Source: Hydrolagus affinis
Taxonomy: Eukaryota
Direction: 5' to 3'
Assembly (NCBI GenBank): GCA_012026655.1
Contig: JAAILG010001136.1
Span: 1-64,000 of the forward strand
DNA length: 64,000 nt
Shown: in pieces, positions 48,226-63,324 of the stretch
Layout: the number at the start of each line of letters is the position of its first letter
Position numbering within the stretch: the first letter of the stretch is position 1
The notes under the pieces: model-generated
What the model was told of the DNA's origin: nothing
The model's database searches: none
What the model saw: only the letters and a program-made list of their open reading frames with translations
Translations under genes and position numbers: made by a program

Positions 48226-50352
48226 AAAAATGTAAACAGAAATAGAAACATTGTAATGACAATAAATTGGATCCGAGTGGTTTTTGCTCTTGTATTGTTT
48301 TAAGTACAGTTCGTGGCAAATGCATTCTGTTTCATTCTGGTAACTAATGAATACCCTTATCTAAGACAACCACACACACAGCTTTCCAGCCTCGATCGGA
48401 GCCTTGCTCTGAGCTTGGAGTGCTATCTTGGACAGCAGCATAATCTTAAATCTACAATGGAAATGTTCACATTACCTGAACATGTGTCAGTAAATTTAGT
48501 AACACAAAACAAAGAAATAAATCCTGTTTTTAACCATACAACAATTTGTATGCATAGAATGCATTACAGAGACAAAATACTTGCACGGATTACAAATAAC
48601 ACACCAGGAACTGGCCTGAAATATTTGAATTTAAATTCAAACCCTATTTTTTTTGTAATGCACGGTAAAGAGCACAGTTAATGTGTTTTGGTGTGAGATT
48701 GCATTATTGGAACTCTTTTAATACCATCAGGAATTCGGAACCCCCCCCAAATTCTAACACATAACCAGAGCCAAATGGAAGATTCATTCTGTTCCCAATT
48801 ATAATTTTAAAATCATTTTTTCTTCAGGGATTATTATCAGGCATGTGGGGTAAGGAACCTTGCCTAAGGTTTCACTCATTGTATATGCTCATGCATTCCC
48901 AAACTGTTTAAAATCGTTGTCAAAATTATCAAAATCCAAAGAACTTTTTTGGTATCCACGGAATCCGAAAATGTTTCTCATTCTACAACTCAAACAGTCA
49001 CCAGAGATTAACCGGTCATTCGTTGGGTAACCTCAAGAAATCTTAAAATGCTTTGTTGCTTCTTTTAAAAGGAACTCAACAATTTTCTAAAGGTTATTTT
49101 CAGCTCTTGCACACACAGTGCATTGAGGTACTGACTGGGAACATTTCAGGTTCAATCTCTGGTTGTTGTAATCTCCGGTTGTGCTTAGTTTTCCATGCGA
49201 CTCTGGGATACCGCAGGGCAGCAGAAAAACTGCACTAACATAGGCCGCTGACTCTTGGAGGAGAGGTAACCGGGGAGGAAAATATTTATCAATAAGGTTA
49301 AATTTGAAGACAACAAGTTAAGGGAGAGATTTGCATAAATCCATAATTGCCTAAGACGTAAATTCACCCGAGTCCCTCCCATTCAATTTACTATCAAAAC
49401 CACTCAGAATTCTTTGCACTACTCCTAACTCATAACGTTGTTTCCATCTCCTCCATTACTCCCGCACTTACTGACTGCGTTGAAGTATGGGAAACATGAT
49501 CCGTTTGCACGCGCAGACGAACTTCATTCCCCCGTCATTCAATGTGATTCCAACGATTGCCAGAAAGTGGCAACGAATCAAGATGCACCAGCATCACGGG
49601 AAATATAGTTTTGGGTCTGTTACCACGTGTGCACTTACTGACCGCTGTGAATTATGTACGTGCGGTGTCGTTTGCCTACAACTTGGACTCCCCCCCACAC
49701 CCTCCCACCTGGGTCGGAGACAGGCCTCCACCACTGTTAAGCACTCTGAGACGCTACCCGGTGTGGAGGGGTGCTATATTATAATAATCCTTGCATTTGA
49801 TCTTAGTGCAAGTTGTGGCTGTATCTAATGAAGGTCGGTTCCTGAGCAATAAGGTATGGAGCATCTTGTGTCAGGTGCATTTTATTTTCCAATTTGTAAA
49901 CGACAGTACCCTGCCAAGCAAGTGTTGCACAACTTTTCCAAATGTAATCTAAACACAGTTAATGAGCACTCTTGCTAATCAGTAGCTTTTTGCTTCAGGC
50001 TGAAAGCCTTACAATGTGCCTCGGGACATCTTCCTGACATAAAAGGCCCTATACAAATGCAATTTATAATTTATTGTGAAATAAACCACCTTGTTTTTTC
50101 ACATGACTTGTGACACAATACTAATTAAAGGCCTCTATATTTACCTTGCTTGATTTCTGAAATAGAAATAAATTAGCTGAAACTAATTTGTAGGAATAGA
50201 GAAGCATAGAGCAAAGCATCAGAAATATTGCTGTAACTACAAGTTGTACATGTCAAAAAACATCTGTGTTTCATTTTGAAAGCCCAAATATTAAGTACCT
50301 GCAGGATAAAGATTAAAAGAAAGAAACATTCTACATTATTTTTCTTACTTAC

Positions 50353-50416
50353 TTTGCCCTCATCCCTTGGGCTGTCACTTAAATGAACAACAGAACCTGG
50401 GTGAGTTTTTGTAGAT
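50353..50416 (-). CDS. STXBP5L: Tomosyn-2 internal exon, 64 nt (STKTHPGSVVHLSDSPRDEGK); most 5' exon found in window
   Basis: Flanked by cag acceptor and GTAAGT donor; peptide matches the recalled vertebrate STXBP5L STKTHPGPVVHLSDSPRDEGK; ends in phase 0, compatible with the next exon. Confidence 0.93.
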
Positions 50417-52663
50417 CTGCAAAGAGAAAACAGTGTTATTTTTTTTAAAAAAAGAGAATTTAACACGTAAACCTTGCACTAAAAACGTTTAACATATTAG
50501 TAACAGAATTCGACTGTTCTTTTGATATGCAAGAGTTAGTCTCCGCCACAAAAAACTCTCTTTAATGCTCACAGCCTTAAGATACTCAAAGAGAAAACAA
50601 AATCTCCTTCATGAAAGTCAAACTGAGAGCTTTCTGCATCTAGCAGGGAGTCAGAAGACTGTCTTGAAGCAATAATAAACTCCTGTTTTAATTTTTCATC
50701 ATGTTTGGAACAGTGCAGCAATTCAATGGTAATACTTCCCCTCTCCCCACACTGCAGCAAAATTAAATATTCAACTTTACTAGCAAACCGATGTCAATAT
50801 TTACCTGAATTCAGTCAGATGGTGGAAGCTGATGGCTAAACTGTAGATTGGAGACTGTGCGAATAATTTGGTACCTAATCAAGCGACGTTATGTTCCATC
50901 AATTTATTGGCAACTTTAATGTTTCTGACGGTGTGTCAAAATATGCATTGTGAAGAACGCTCTTGTTTGTCTCTTTTGTATTCGTTTCGCAATATTACAT
51001 ATTTGCAAGACTATGATGAGAACATAATCCCAAGAGTTGAATAGCCTGCCAACACCAAATGTCAAGGTTTATGTGGGAATAATGGCTACTGAATGGTATC
51101 CGGGCAGGAGATAAAACACCTTCAGGAGAGAAGTGGGAGAATACAATACTGGAGAAAATTTAGCAAAAGTAAAATAATGTTGGTTAAGATGTGATCCTTT
51201 CTCAGAGCATCAGAAATAATGATGGGTCACACCGGCAAGGCCAATCTATCTTTCTCTTTTACGCTATTACACATTTATTATATTCTTATTTAACAGTAAT
51301 ACATTATTTATTACATATTATTTTAAAAAGAGGAAAATTCTCTCGTCTGTCCTGGCCAACAATCCTATAAATATTAGTGTACTCATTGCTGTTAAGTGAA
51401 CTGTTAGAAAATCTGTAACAAAACAATGCAACATACCTATAAATAATCATCTGTATTTATACAAAAGTTAAAACTACTCTTCGTGTTATCCATGACAAAA
51501 TCTCGATCTCAAAATCAGCTCATCATGTCCACCACTGACCCTGGTCCATAGTTGTTGGGAGGTGTCTTTTTGAACAAAATATCATTCCAAATACTGTAAA
51601 TATCTACGATATACAGGGATAACCTTTTTACTGGTTTAGTGTTAGAACCACGGTTCCCTGGCTTTATTGAAATAATTCCTGCATGGAGTGCCTCTTGGTG
51701 GCAGATTGAGTGCAACAAACGCTGACAACGATAATCTATTCCCACATTTCAAAGCAAGCCTGCGTGCGGTTGATAACCAGTAACATTGGCAAGTGCAAAG
51801 TAGTCCCCAGCTGAGACGGTGCTCTATTCTAGCTGAAGGCGGACAGCATACAGGCAAAAATAAGGAAAATTGCAAAGAGTGAAATTCAAAACAGCTACTG
51901 TAACAGGAGGCTGTCTCCCACACAGTGGGAAAAAGCTTATTTCAAAATGCTAAATTGTCACGAATATGTCATGGCGTCTCTCTCTATTAACAAAATCCCA
52001 TTATCTGCACAGCACATTGTCAGTAAGAACACACATGAAGCAAATGCATTTTAAAAACCAGATAATGCTCCTGCGTTGCCCCGGTGAGTTCAGCCAGCAT
52101 GAGGCCACACTGATCAGAAAGGCTGCAAATTCTGATCGCAGTGTGAGTTCGGTCAGGTGATTTCACCTGTGTCAGCAGTTGGGCTGCTAAAATTGTCCAC
52201 AGAACCCTTAGGTTAGTGAGTGTAAAATCAGGGGGACTGATCACTGGCTGGGCTGTGCGTCTGACTACAGTAATCTCCCTAGGTCTGAATAATCTACCAA
52301 CGTCAACTGTCAAGGCGCAGGTCTGAGTTCACAGCCACTTGGGCAATGTAATGGACAGTGGCCAGACAACCAGTAGGAAGAAAAAGGAGCAATTACTACA
52401 AGAGAATAATTGGTGAAAAGAATGCGTAATATATGACCCGTTTGTCAAATGCCAGTGAGAATGATGGGCAGGCACGTTGCATAGCCATCATATCGGTGTT
52501 TGTGTCAAGTTCAGCGTGACTGATAAACTAACCAATGTGACTAAAATCACAGTAAAGCTGGAGCAAAAGGATTGACTACAGTGAAGAATCTGTTGATTGC
52601 CTCCTCTAAAAGTAATTGAATTCTATTGTTCTCCATATCCAATATGGATTTCTGTGTTTGTGA

Positions 52664-52813
<150 letters not shown>

Positions 52814-52816
52814 TGA

Positions 52817-53088
52817 TAATAATAATAATAATCCTTGCTTTTGATATAGCGCTTTTCACATCTTATCGACGTCTCAAAGCGCTTCACAGAATATGCTGTA
52901 AAGTGAATTGCCTGTATATTTGTGGGCGAATCGGGGCAGCAATGGCGTACAGCAGTGTCCCACAAACAGTCGTGGATTGAAATGACCAATTTTATTCTTG
53001 TGTTTTTTTTGGACGGATGTTTTGTGGAGTAAGGAAACTTGCCCAAGGTTTCGCCCTGACCTGCCTGCATTTGAACACAGGTCTCACA
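52817..53088 (-). mobile_element. tRNA-derived SINE; further + strand 3' halves at 53418-53583 and 53981-54143
   Basis: Family tail and core, and gtaaggaaacttgcccaaggtttcgccctg. Confidence 0.85.
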
Positions 53089-56000
53089 CTTGTACAGCAC
53101 CTGCACATGAGGCAGACAGGCAGGCCGAGTTGTCTTATAATGAGGAAGAGGATGGTGATGGTGGGGAAGAAGACCTGTAAGGTGTGCTTTGGCTTTTTTT
53201 CTTTGATACCAAATCTGAGTTACTGGCCGATTATATTCTCTTGCATCTCCCGCCCCCCACAAACCGCAAGGTCGAGGTTCAGTGGATTGTCAGTCAGGTT
53301 GAGTTCCCCTATTTCCATGTAGTATTTATCTACAGGGTATTCAAGTGATTAGATAGTGTTGCATAAAAACACTTTTCCGGAGGTTAATACGCCCTTCAAA
53401 AATATATTTTTTAAATGTGATCACTCAATCCACGACTGTTTGTGGGACGGTGTTTTGTGCAATCGGCTGTTGCGTTTTACCCACCAAAAATGCAGTCAAT
53501 TCAATTTACAGTATATTCTGCATATTCTTATTGAGACATCTCAAAGACATGATAAGGCGCTATATCAAACGCAAGGATTATTATGCACCCACAAAAATGC
53601 CATTGCACTTTCAGATGCCATTACACTGTCTTGAAAAGCATTTCTCATTTCTTCCAAAATTCTGGACAACAATCCTGCAGGTTAAGCAGCTGTACAAAAG
53701 ACCTGGTGTACATGGCTGCTGGGTTTCCCTCCGAAAAAGGTCACTACGCTTGATTGTAACGACATGTGAAAGGTAGACGGTTTTACATGATAAGATGTGA
53801 TCAAAATGAAAACTGTTTCATGAAACAGATATCTTGGTATTCCATTGTATACTGCACAGGGTATATAAACACACATTATTTAAACTACATCACAAGGTGT
53901 ATGATGATCGTCTATTGACCCTTAGTGACTTTCATAGTAAATAGTATGCATTTATTATGCATATTTAACCAATAAATTGTTCATTTCAATCCGCGAATGT
54001 TTGTGGGACACTGCTGTGCGCAATTGGCTGCCACGTTTCGCCCACAAAAATATAGTCAATTCACTTTACAGTATATTCCGTGAAGAGCTTTGAGACGCCT
54101 GAAAGACATGAAAAGCGCTATATTAAATGCAAGGATTATTATTAGTGTGCAAAACAAACCCCTGCTGTTTTGGCCAAGCAAATGATTACTATATCTGTTT
54201 TCAAGCCTCCTAGATACCTCAGGAATTCCTATGTGCAGAGCCAAACACCACTTAAAAATTGCAGTACATAGGGACAGTTTAACTGTCTGCTGCATTGAGT
54301 CAATTATCTGTGGAGCTGAGTAGGCCATCTTGAGAACAAGGCTGCATGCAGGCTGAAAGTGTCATTTTACGTAAATTAATGCTGAATAAAAAATATCTAA
54401 TGCTTATTAAAGTAATGCCACAATCACAGGGGTTCTATAGTTTTATGCTGGGATAGGTTTGGACAAACAGCATTGACATCCACCATGAAATGTACAAGAA
54501 CATTTTTAGAAAAACTCAAAGCTGCGAGTTTTGCTCTTTTATGATAATAATCCGTGCATTTGATAATAATGCCTTATCATGTCACTGACACATCTCAAAG
54601 TACTTCACAGAGTATATTGCAAAGTGGATTGACTATGTAATTTGTGGGAGTTTTCCAATGCACTAGACAGCAGGAATAAACCAGGCAGAAATTCTACAGG
54701 ATTTCAAAAGCTTCTCACTTTAATTGAACTTGTACTTTTAGTATTAATCCCAGTGGGCCATTAAATGTACAAATATTGTGTGGTGTTAAGGATTGCAATA
54801 GAGGTCACTGCCAGCTTCCAAAGAACTTGGAATGATGGATTTAGCACTATCCTCTATTGAACAAACTTCAAGGAACCTGGCTCTGAGTTTTGATGGTAAG
54901 TATAAGTAGGAAGCTTCACCCAGACTTTTGGAGATAAAAAAAAATCTGACCCCGAGATCGGTTAAATATGTATTCTGGCATTCTTAGCAAATAAACGTAG
55001 AAATGAATACATGGCCAATATTTTTCACAACTCCATAATACAATATATATGATTCACTCAAGGGCTGGCATGAAACAGATAATCAAGGAAAGAATCACAG
55101 TATGAACCTGGGATACAGTACTGTATATAGAACAGTTTATCCATCTTTCATTTTGGGCAGAATGTATTTTGCAGGGCACTGATAAAGTTCACTGAAAAAG
55201 CATAGATACTATAAGAGGCAGTCAGTGGGATTTTAGGAGGAATTGGTCATATCTCAGAAATATCCTCACATTTTATGAAGAGCTAACTAACCACATTAAT
55301 CGACAAGAGCTATTCACTTGTTATAGTTAATTAGAATATTTAATGGTCTTCCAATTGATTTTTTGAAGATGATTAAACAGCACCTAATAAATGGCATGCT
55401 GGGCTGGAAATCCTCTTGGCTGTAAAAAGAAGGCAACAACTGGGTAGGTTTTGCAGAAAATTTGAGGTTCCCTGTTTACAGTATTTATACATTGTACTGA
55501 GAGTATGCCTAGGCAAGATAACAAGATATCGGATTAAAATGGGAAAATATCCAGATCGACAACTGCTCAAAAACATATAGATTTGAGTAAATAGGAGGCA
55601 TTGCCATCAAACTCCCCTACTTGATATCCACACATGGAATCTTTCTGGCAGGTAACCCGTGTAATTGCAGCTTGTCAATTAATTCATCACAAACTTGCCT
55701 TCAGTTACCTAAATTTACATAAAGGCACACAATAAGAATGGGTTGCCAGGGCTCTTATTGTAAGTAAAATTGACTTAACTGAAAAAGCACATGTTTTTAA
55801 AAAGCTGCCCTGATGATACACATGATACAATACAGTATAGTCCTAAATAATTCATTGTATTACCCACCAATTTTTTTTGAAGAAATCAAAGCAATATAAA
55901 CCAAATGCCTAGTCAAGCAAAAACTGTGGCTACACTTGTTTCTATTCATGTACATAAGGGAAAATCTTTCTCAGCCTCTTGGCATCGAAGAGTCAACTAT

Positions 56001-56899
56001 CAGTGTAAAAAACACATCCACTCCTGACTTATCTTATCCAAACACATAAATGAGGCAAAATAAATTGGACCCGAAGGAAAACACTCTTGGGTGGTGTTAT
56101 TTCTGGGTAGACGGTCAAAGAATAATAATTTACTTTATTTTTTTGCGTTTTTTAACTAAACATCACTTTCTGAAACACTCAAAAGTCAATGCAACCTGAC
56201 TACATCAGCAATAATGTTAAGTTCAAGGAAATGTGCAGCTCAAAATGGTGTTCATTTTACCATTTGCCATCATCCAAGCTAAACACAAATGTGTTTTCTC
56301 TCATAAAGTCAATACTCTTAACAACTATCATATTTCCAACTTGGATCAAAATCTGAGTATGCTCCCAACATGAAAAGTGTTATATAAGTACAATTTTGTT
56401 TGTTGTGTTGTTTGTACAGTACTAACAAGGAATAAAACATTCAGTTTACATTGGCTGATGAGAGCCAAACTTAATGTTTAATGATATATTAAAGCATGGA
56501 TATAAAGTTTTTGACCAAATGAATTCACCCAAAATGTAACTTAGGTGCTAGACATACCTTTGTATGGTTCCTGAATAATATTTTTAATTATGTTTCAACC
56601 GCTGTATTTGTGAATGAGTAGTTTACCTCCAAGAGATTTCCCACTGATTTCCAAACAAATGACCCTGTATCTTGATTAATGAGAAAGGAAAATGAGTCAG
56701 GTTGCTACACTGTATTTGCCAAAAATTCCCAAAAGAGAACCCATGGAATGATAAGCTATGCTAAGAGAGTATGAATCCTTCACAGAATAATTTATACTCA
56801 GTATTCTCCTGTACAATATCAATATTTGGAAACCAAGCATAAAGATGGAGCAGCTGGATACCCCAGCAATAAAAACAGTTGGAGAATCTTTATTATAGT

Positions 56900-57075
56900 T
56901 ACTAACATAATATCCATCTGACCTATCTGCTCCACTATCGGTGAGTGGGCTTTGAGACATTCTGTCTCCACTCTGAACCTCCGATTTGCTCCCTCGATTC
57001 CCATTGTCAAGGTACATCTCAAAACTCTTTGACCGCACTTTTAGTGATGCTGCTTTCCCCACCCCAGCTACTTTG
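56900..57075 (-). mobile_element. Degenerate CR1 LINE 3' fragment
   Basis: Minus-strand KVAGVGKAASLKVRSKSFEMYLD resembles the CR1 ORF2 end (VVEA.SL..FK..LD.YL). Confidence 0.4.
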
Positions 57076-57317
57076 GAATATTCTCCCAACATGAAATTTC
57101 GATTTCAACTTTATTATAATGTGGGAATTCAATTTTGTGCCAGTTCAATAACAGGTCTTAAAAAAGGATTATACAGACAGCTGTTTTCTGATCTGCCTTG
57201 CTGACCTTTCCCCATGCAGAGACTTGAGTTGGTATAGTAGTCTATGGAGGAAAACCAGTTCCACACATAAATATGCCTGTATTTTGATCTGCAAATACAC
57301 TGGTTGCATTTTATTAT

Positions 57318-57606
57318 GTGGAGTCCTGTAGTTCAGTGCTTAGAGCACTTGTCTCACAAGCAAGAGACCTGGGTTCAATTACAGACAGCGTGAAACCTTG
57401 GTCAAGTTTCTTTACTCCACACGCCTAATAATAATGGCTCAAAAAAAAATTGATCATTTCAATCCACGACTGTTTGTGGGACACTGCTTCGTGCAATTGG
57501 TTAGCCCACAAAATACAGTCAATTAATTTACAGTATATTCTTTGAAATGCTTTGAGACGTCTAGAAGATGTGAAAAGTGCTATATCAAATGCAAGGATTA
57601 TTATTA
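57318..57606 (+). mobile_element. Full-length tRNA-derived SINE
   Basis: gtggagtcctgtagttcagtg head, ggttcaatt B-box, core and (ATT)n tail. Confidence 0.9.
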
Positions 57607-59223
57607 GTAGTACAGTATTATTATTGATGCAGTGTTAAGAGGGAACCTCTTACCACTGGTACAAATGAGCAATTATCTGGATGGAAATTGGCTGTACTTA
57701 ACATGATGTAGCAGCAGAAGATTATTAAATAAAGCTCTTCTGAAGAGCAGATACCGTATAATATCCCTTTTAGATATAGATCAGTCCTAACCTTAACAGC
57801 TGGGCTAGAGTATGAGATTGATTGCTGAATAGTATTGTTGAATTCAACAGTCATCTTCCACTCGAAGCTTATAAGATGACCATGTCAAATTTTGTTTGAA
57901 ATAGGAAAAAAAACTCCAGTTATCAAAAATGTTCCTTAAATAAGTCGAGGAATATTTTAAAACAACCTCACATTTTACACCATTTCCCCCTCAGAATAGA
58001 GGCTATAAGGAACCAACAACAAAAGCGGTTAATGCTGAGTCCAATGAATCATTCAATCATAAATGTAACTTGTTGGAAACAGTTATGAGGATAGGTACAA
58101 ATTGTACTGAACAAATATTCAATGGACCACCCAAAATATTTTCATAGTGTCAGGGAACAGACTCGTAAACCTTGCTGCAATGTTAAACTGTGCTCTATTC
58201 TGCACCTTATTTGAAACTTATCAAAGCCAAAAGAAATAAATACAGAACTAATCTCTTTCTGACAAATAGAAAACAATAAAACACCATCTCGAGAACACGG
58301 AAGGTAAACACAGTTCCAATAACATGTGAGGTACCTGCCTATACATGATGCAAGAAGAGAATCAGATGGGCACCATCTGAACGAAGGTACCAATAAGGTC
58401 AATGTTCCTTTCAGCAAGTGGGACCTATTTCTGCAGTATATCGATATTTATACTTTGACAATATTAGAAAATGCACACAATACAATAGATTCAGTGATTA
58501 AAAATATTCAACTGTTAATCATTAGCTTATTGGAAAGTACAACTCCGAAATATCAGTATTCTACTTTACTCAATCACTCAAGATAGTTACTGCACCACAA
58601 CCTGGGCTACTTGATAAGCTGAACAACAACAACAAAGTTACATTTGTAGAGCGCCTTTCACGTTGGGAAGATGTCCCAGATGGCGAAGTTGAAGTTGTAC
58701 AGAAATTACCAAAAGGGTAATTTTCTTCTGATCATATTGTCAAAGATTTGTCCATTGCTCAAGCATCCTGCGCAGCATTCTAATGCAGTAGAATGTATTT
58801 TTTTGTGAGTGGGGGTTATTTTACAATTCAGTACCAGCAGAGGTTAGAACCAACCATACAATATTAAACTGACATGTACCAGCTTTAAGATAATATAAAG
58901 CTGTAAATCAATACAGCCAATGCCCAAACACAAACGGGAAAATGAAATGATTTTGACCCCCTTATTGAAGAATGGGTTCAGCAAGCTGTAACTACGGCAG
59001 CTAAAGAGCGAAAGACTAAGTTGTGCTTCTAATTAGATCTAGCTGTGAATTGGTAAATGAGTTAAGGCATTATTTACAGTACAAACATCCATGTGGGAAT
59101 AATTACATCAGAATCACACATCGATAAATCATGCTCTGTCTGAGTAGTTAAAAATATGATAAATATTTTTGGATTGTCATTGCTTTTGACAAGGATTTTA
59201 TTCTCATACCATACCATGTTGTT

Positions 59224-59545
59224 ATAATAATAATGATCCTTGATTTGATATAGCGCTTTTCACGTCTTCTAGATGTCTCAAAGCACTTCACAGAATGTAC
59301 TGTAAAGTGAATTGACTGTTTATATTTGTGAGCGAAATGCGGCAGCCAATTGCGCACAGCAGTGTCCCACAAACAGTCGTGGATTGAAATGACTGATTTT
59401 TATTATTGTGGGTTTTTTTGGACGGATTATTATTAGGGCATGTGACATAAGGAAACTTGCCCAAGGTTTCACCCTGACCTGGCTGGATTCAAACACAGGT
59501 CTCACGTTTGTAAGGCGAGTGCTCTAACCACTGAGCTACAGGACT
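59224..59545 (-). mobile_element. Full-length tRNA-derived SINE
   Basis: Reverse complement of the 57318 family, ending ctctaaccactgagctacaggac. Confidence 0.9.
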
Positions 59546-60459
59546 TGTTGTATATTAATCAATAATCTGTCCAACAAAGCGAAAATAAAAGCAGGGAACA
59601 GTTTGCCTAAACAGTCTAAGAGCACTCCTGCAGTTGAATTATTTACAACTTTAGTGTGAGCAATTGTACAGTTGCAGTTTGAGAAAATGTTTGTTTCTAA
59701 AAAGGAAGCAGATATCAATCCAGCATTTGGGAATTTAAATTTAACATCTAGGCATATAAATTCAGCACTCTGTGATATAAAATGTACAGATCTGAAGTCA
59801 AAATGTAGACAAAAAGTGCTGCACTTTATAGTGTTTGACTTGCGTGCTGGAAAGCTACTGTATATAAATAGCTTTGCACTCTGGAGCCCATTGTTCGAAC
59901 AATTTTATACGTGTTTTTCACTGAACCGTTTTCCTTTCCAGTGACTGCAGGTCCACATTCAAAAAGAAAGTCTGGTTCTTAGCCAAGTGGAATTTTCAAG
60001 TAAGAATTAACAGGCACTGCAATATAACTGAATCACATTTGGTCAAATCACTTCAAGAAGAGCAATCCCTCAAAGTTTCTGGAGTAGTGAAGTAGAGTGA
60101 GAACTATAATCAAGAAATTCAATACAATCAATTCAATGTATCTGTATACAGTATATATATAGATATATATAAAATAATTGCAGCATTGAGATCCATCAAC
60201 TGACAATGTGAAATGCAATCTGATAAAATAACTCTTCCATTTTGATTTAGTGCCTTTCATTTTGGGAGGATTCCTTGAAGTGTTTCAACAACAACTTGCA
60301 TTGCTATAGTGCCCCTCACAAAAGGTAATGTAGCAGAGCACTTGAGAGTTGCGGAGCACAATGCTGAGCTAAGAGAGGAGGTGACCATCGGCACGGTTGA
60401 ATAGGATGGTTTTCAGGGACGACCTGAAGGTGGGGCAAGGCTTCACAAGATATATGGCA

Positions 60460-60760
60460 ATGACTATGCAACTTATAGGTAAATGTGGCAGCCAATTTGC
60501 GCACAGTCATGAAGTAAATGACCAACTTATTTAGTTGGTCTGCCCATGTGACTTTCTCATATGAAAGGCCACAACCTTTAGTGTCCACATGAACAGGCAG
60601 ATGGGACCTCAGTTTAATGTCTCATCTGAAGGTTGGCACCTCCACCAATGGAGGATTTCCTGAGCTCTGGATTGGAATGTCAAGCTGGAACAAGTGAGTT
60701 CAAAATCCTAACGTGAAGCTGAAACACACAATCTTGACTCAGAGGCGAGAGCTACCAACT
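60460..60760 (-). mobile_element. Old Deu-domain SINE
   Basis: tgaacaggcagatgggacctcagtttaatgtctcatctgaaggttggcacctcc (Deu core, antisense) and gactcagaggcgagagctaccaact head. Confidence 0.75.
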
Positions 60761-62183
60761 AAGACAGGCTGACACACATGTACTGGTCCTTTGGATAAAC
60801 TTGTCTGAAAGAATACATCAAAAGCATAAGCCTTGCAGTAAAGGTAAATATGTGCACAGTTCTCACACCAGAAAGTTTAAATTGCATCCTGCCTAATTGG
60901 CAGGCTATTGCATAACTGTCATTTTGAGTAAACCACCTCCAAAAATGAGCAACTAAAAATAACATTCAGTGTTATTTTGTATTAAGATTCATCTGTGGAT
61001 AACTGCTGCTACATTAAGTAAGGGATTGACAATCCGGACATGAATCATAGTTCAACATTGTTAAAACATCCCTTCTTGTCTGCCTTGGAACTGACCAATC
61101 CTAAACTTTGGCTCGTGGGGTATAAACAGTGGCACGGTTGGGCTGAATAGCCTGTTTCTGTGCTGTATGTTCTGTTCATTCTTTGCAAACGTTTTAAAGG
61201 CATTTCACGATTGGCAATATGATTCATGTCAAAAGATCAGCAATATAAACATAGTCACACAGCCAACTTTTAAACATGTTTGGGGTCCACTTTCGTAATA
61301 CCATCACTCACATCACTAAAGAATATCCATCAGTTTGGGGTGTTGGGCGGCAGGTCACATGTTGTTGTTGTTGTTGTTATTATTATATGTGTACAACTCA
61401 CAGCATGAACCATTTTACTGTAGATACGTGAAGAGGCAGAATGTTAGCCTGGGTTACCTAACGTTCTATTCTAATGGCTACCTTGACAGGCAAGAATGCT
61501 GAGTCATGTCCCCATGTCCTTTTAAATCAAGCAACAATTCTTTACGTAGGATCCTCTCACTACGTTTCTGGATACTATCCATTCATAAGAGACTACTGCC
61601 TTTGTTTTGGGAGAATGCCAAAGCTCCAGTTCATAGATACATGAATACTTTGGTCTCCTAAGAGGATGAAATTTGCTTGCCAGCAAATTTTGGAAAAGCA
61701 CATTAAACATTTAAAATCTCTACATAAATCAAACAAAACAGCGAGTGTGTATGAATAACGGTTTAACACCAGACGGACTTGGGCTCTTTCCTAACTGTTA
61801 AGTGTCTGAGATCAGATTACTAATACTCATTCTTGAGGCTGAAAATCTAACATTCACAAACTTGAAGTCATTGCATCTGTGAGGACAGTTTAGCAGAATC
61901 CAAATATTCTCTTTAATTTTTGGTAGAAGCCACTCGACCACCCTTCAGATGAGCATTCTGCAAAGATGAGATCAAATGGGCTGAAGGTCTGTTTCATTTT
62001 GGGAGATCTTGGGATGACTGTGGCTGTTGGATAGACCTATCTTGCTGAAGGAAATTCAAACAACTACAAATTCCCTACAAACACGGAAAGCCTCATACAA
62101 ACATGGTTTCTTGAATATGATTCTCAAATTGCCAATACTTCTTCTCAGCATGATTCACTGACCCAGATGTAATGACATCATAT

Positions 62184-62830
62184 CAACAACAACAACAACA
62201 AAATTACACTTGTATAGCGCCTTTCACATCAGGAGGACCACCTAAGACGCTGGACAGTCACTGGTGACGGAATGGGGGAGGGAAGGGGGGGAGTTGCCAA
62301 TGGGTCAATTGAAGAGGAGAATCTTGAGGTGAGACTTGAAGGAGGCCAGGGAGTGGGGCGAGGTGGAGGGACTGAGGTATGGAGTTCCAGAGGTTGGTGG
62401 CAGAGTGACTGAAGGCTCGCCCGCCAATGGTGGCATGGGTGAGTCGGGGAATGTGGAGCAAGCCAGAGCCTGGTGAGCAGAGGGAGCAGGCAGATTGGTA
62501 AGGGGTTAGGAGGTCACAGATGTAGGGTGGGCGAGGTTGTGGAGGGCTTTAAATGTGAGGACCAGGATCTTGAATTGGATTCTTTGATTGATGGGGAGCC
62601 AATGGAGTCGGGCGAGGATGGGGGAGGTGAGGTCATAGAGTTTGGAACGGTAGAGGACACGGGCTGCAGAGTTCTGGATTATCTGCAGCCTGTGGAGGGA
62701 GGAATTAGGAAGGCCGACAAGCAGGGCATTTGCATAGTCGAGCTGGGATGTATTGAAAGCGTGAGTGAGGGTTTCAGTGGCTATGGGGGGTGAGGTAGTG
62801 GCGAGTCGGGCAATGTTGCAGAGATGGGGA
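62184..62830 (-). mobile_element. L2 LINE 3' end with (TTG)n tail
   Basis: (aac)n tail, ORF 62258-62461 LHIPRLTHATIGGRAFSHSATNLWNSIP, and upstream L2 ORF2 C-terminal sequence. Confidence 0.9.
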
Positions 62831-63021
62831 AAGGTTTATGCACCATCTATGTCATAATTGGCACATAAAGGAGGCACTTCACAGCTAAGCACCTTTCTCT
62901 TCGACTGCGCCTTTGGTCATCTTTCTACCCCTGCCCCTGGCTTGGTCCTGGGATCGCTACTGTGAAGCGCTCTGAGACGCCGTCCGGCGTGGAGGGCAAT
63001 ATATAAATCGTTGTTGTTGTT

Positions 63022-63324
63022 GTGGCATGTAGCTCAGTGGTTACAGGCTCACAAGCGAGAGACCTGGGTTTGATTCCCAGCATGGCAAAACCTTGGGCAG
63101 GTTTCCTTATTCCACACGCCTAACGATAATCCCTCAAGATAAACAAAACAAAAATAATTTGGTCACTCAATCCATGATTGTTTGTGAGACACTGCTGTGT
63201 GCAATTGGCTGCCGCATTTCCCCCACAAATATACAGTCAATTCACTTTACAGTATATTCTGTGAAGCGCTTTGATACATCTAAAAGATGTGAAAAGTGCG
63301 ATATCAAATGCAAGGATTATTATT
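63022..63324 (+). mobile_element. Full-length tRNA-derived SINE directly following an L2 (TTG)n tail (62880-63021)
   Basis: tgtagctcagtggtta head, ggtttgattccc B-box, core and tail. Confidence 0.88.
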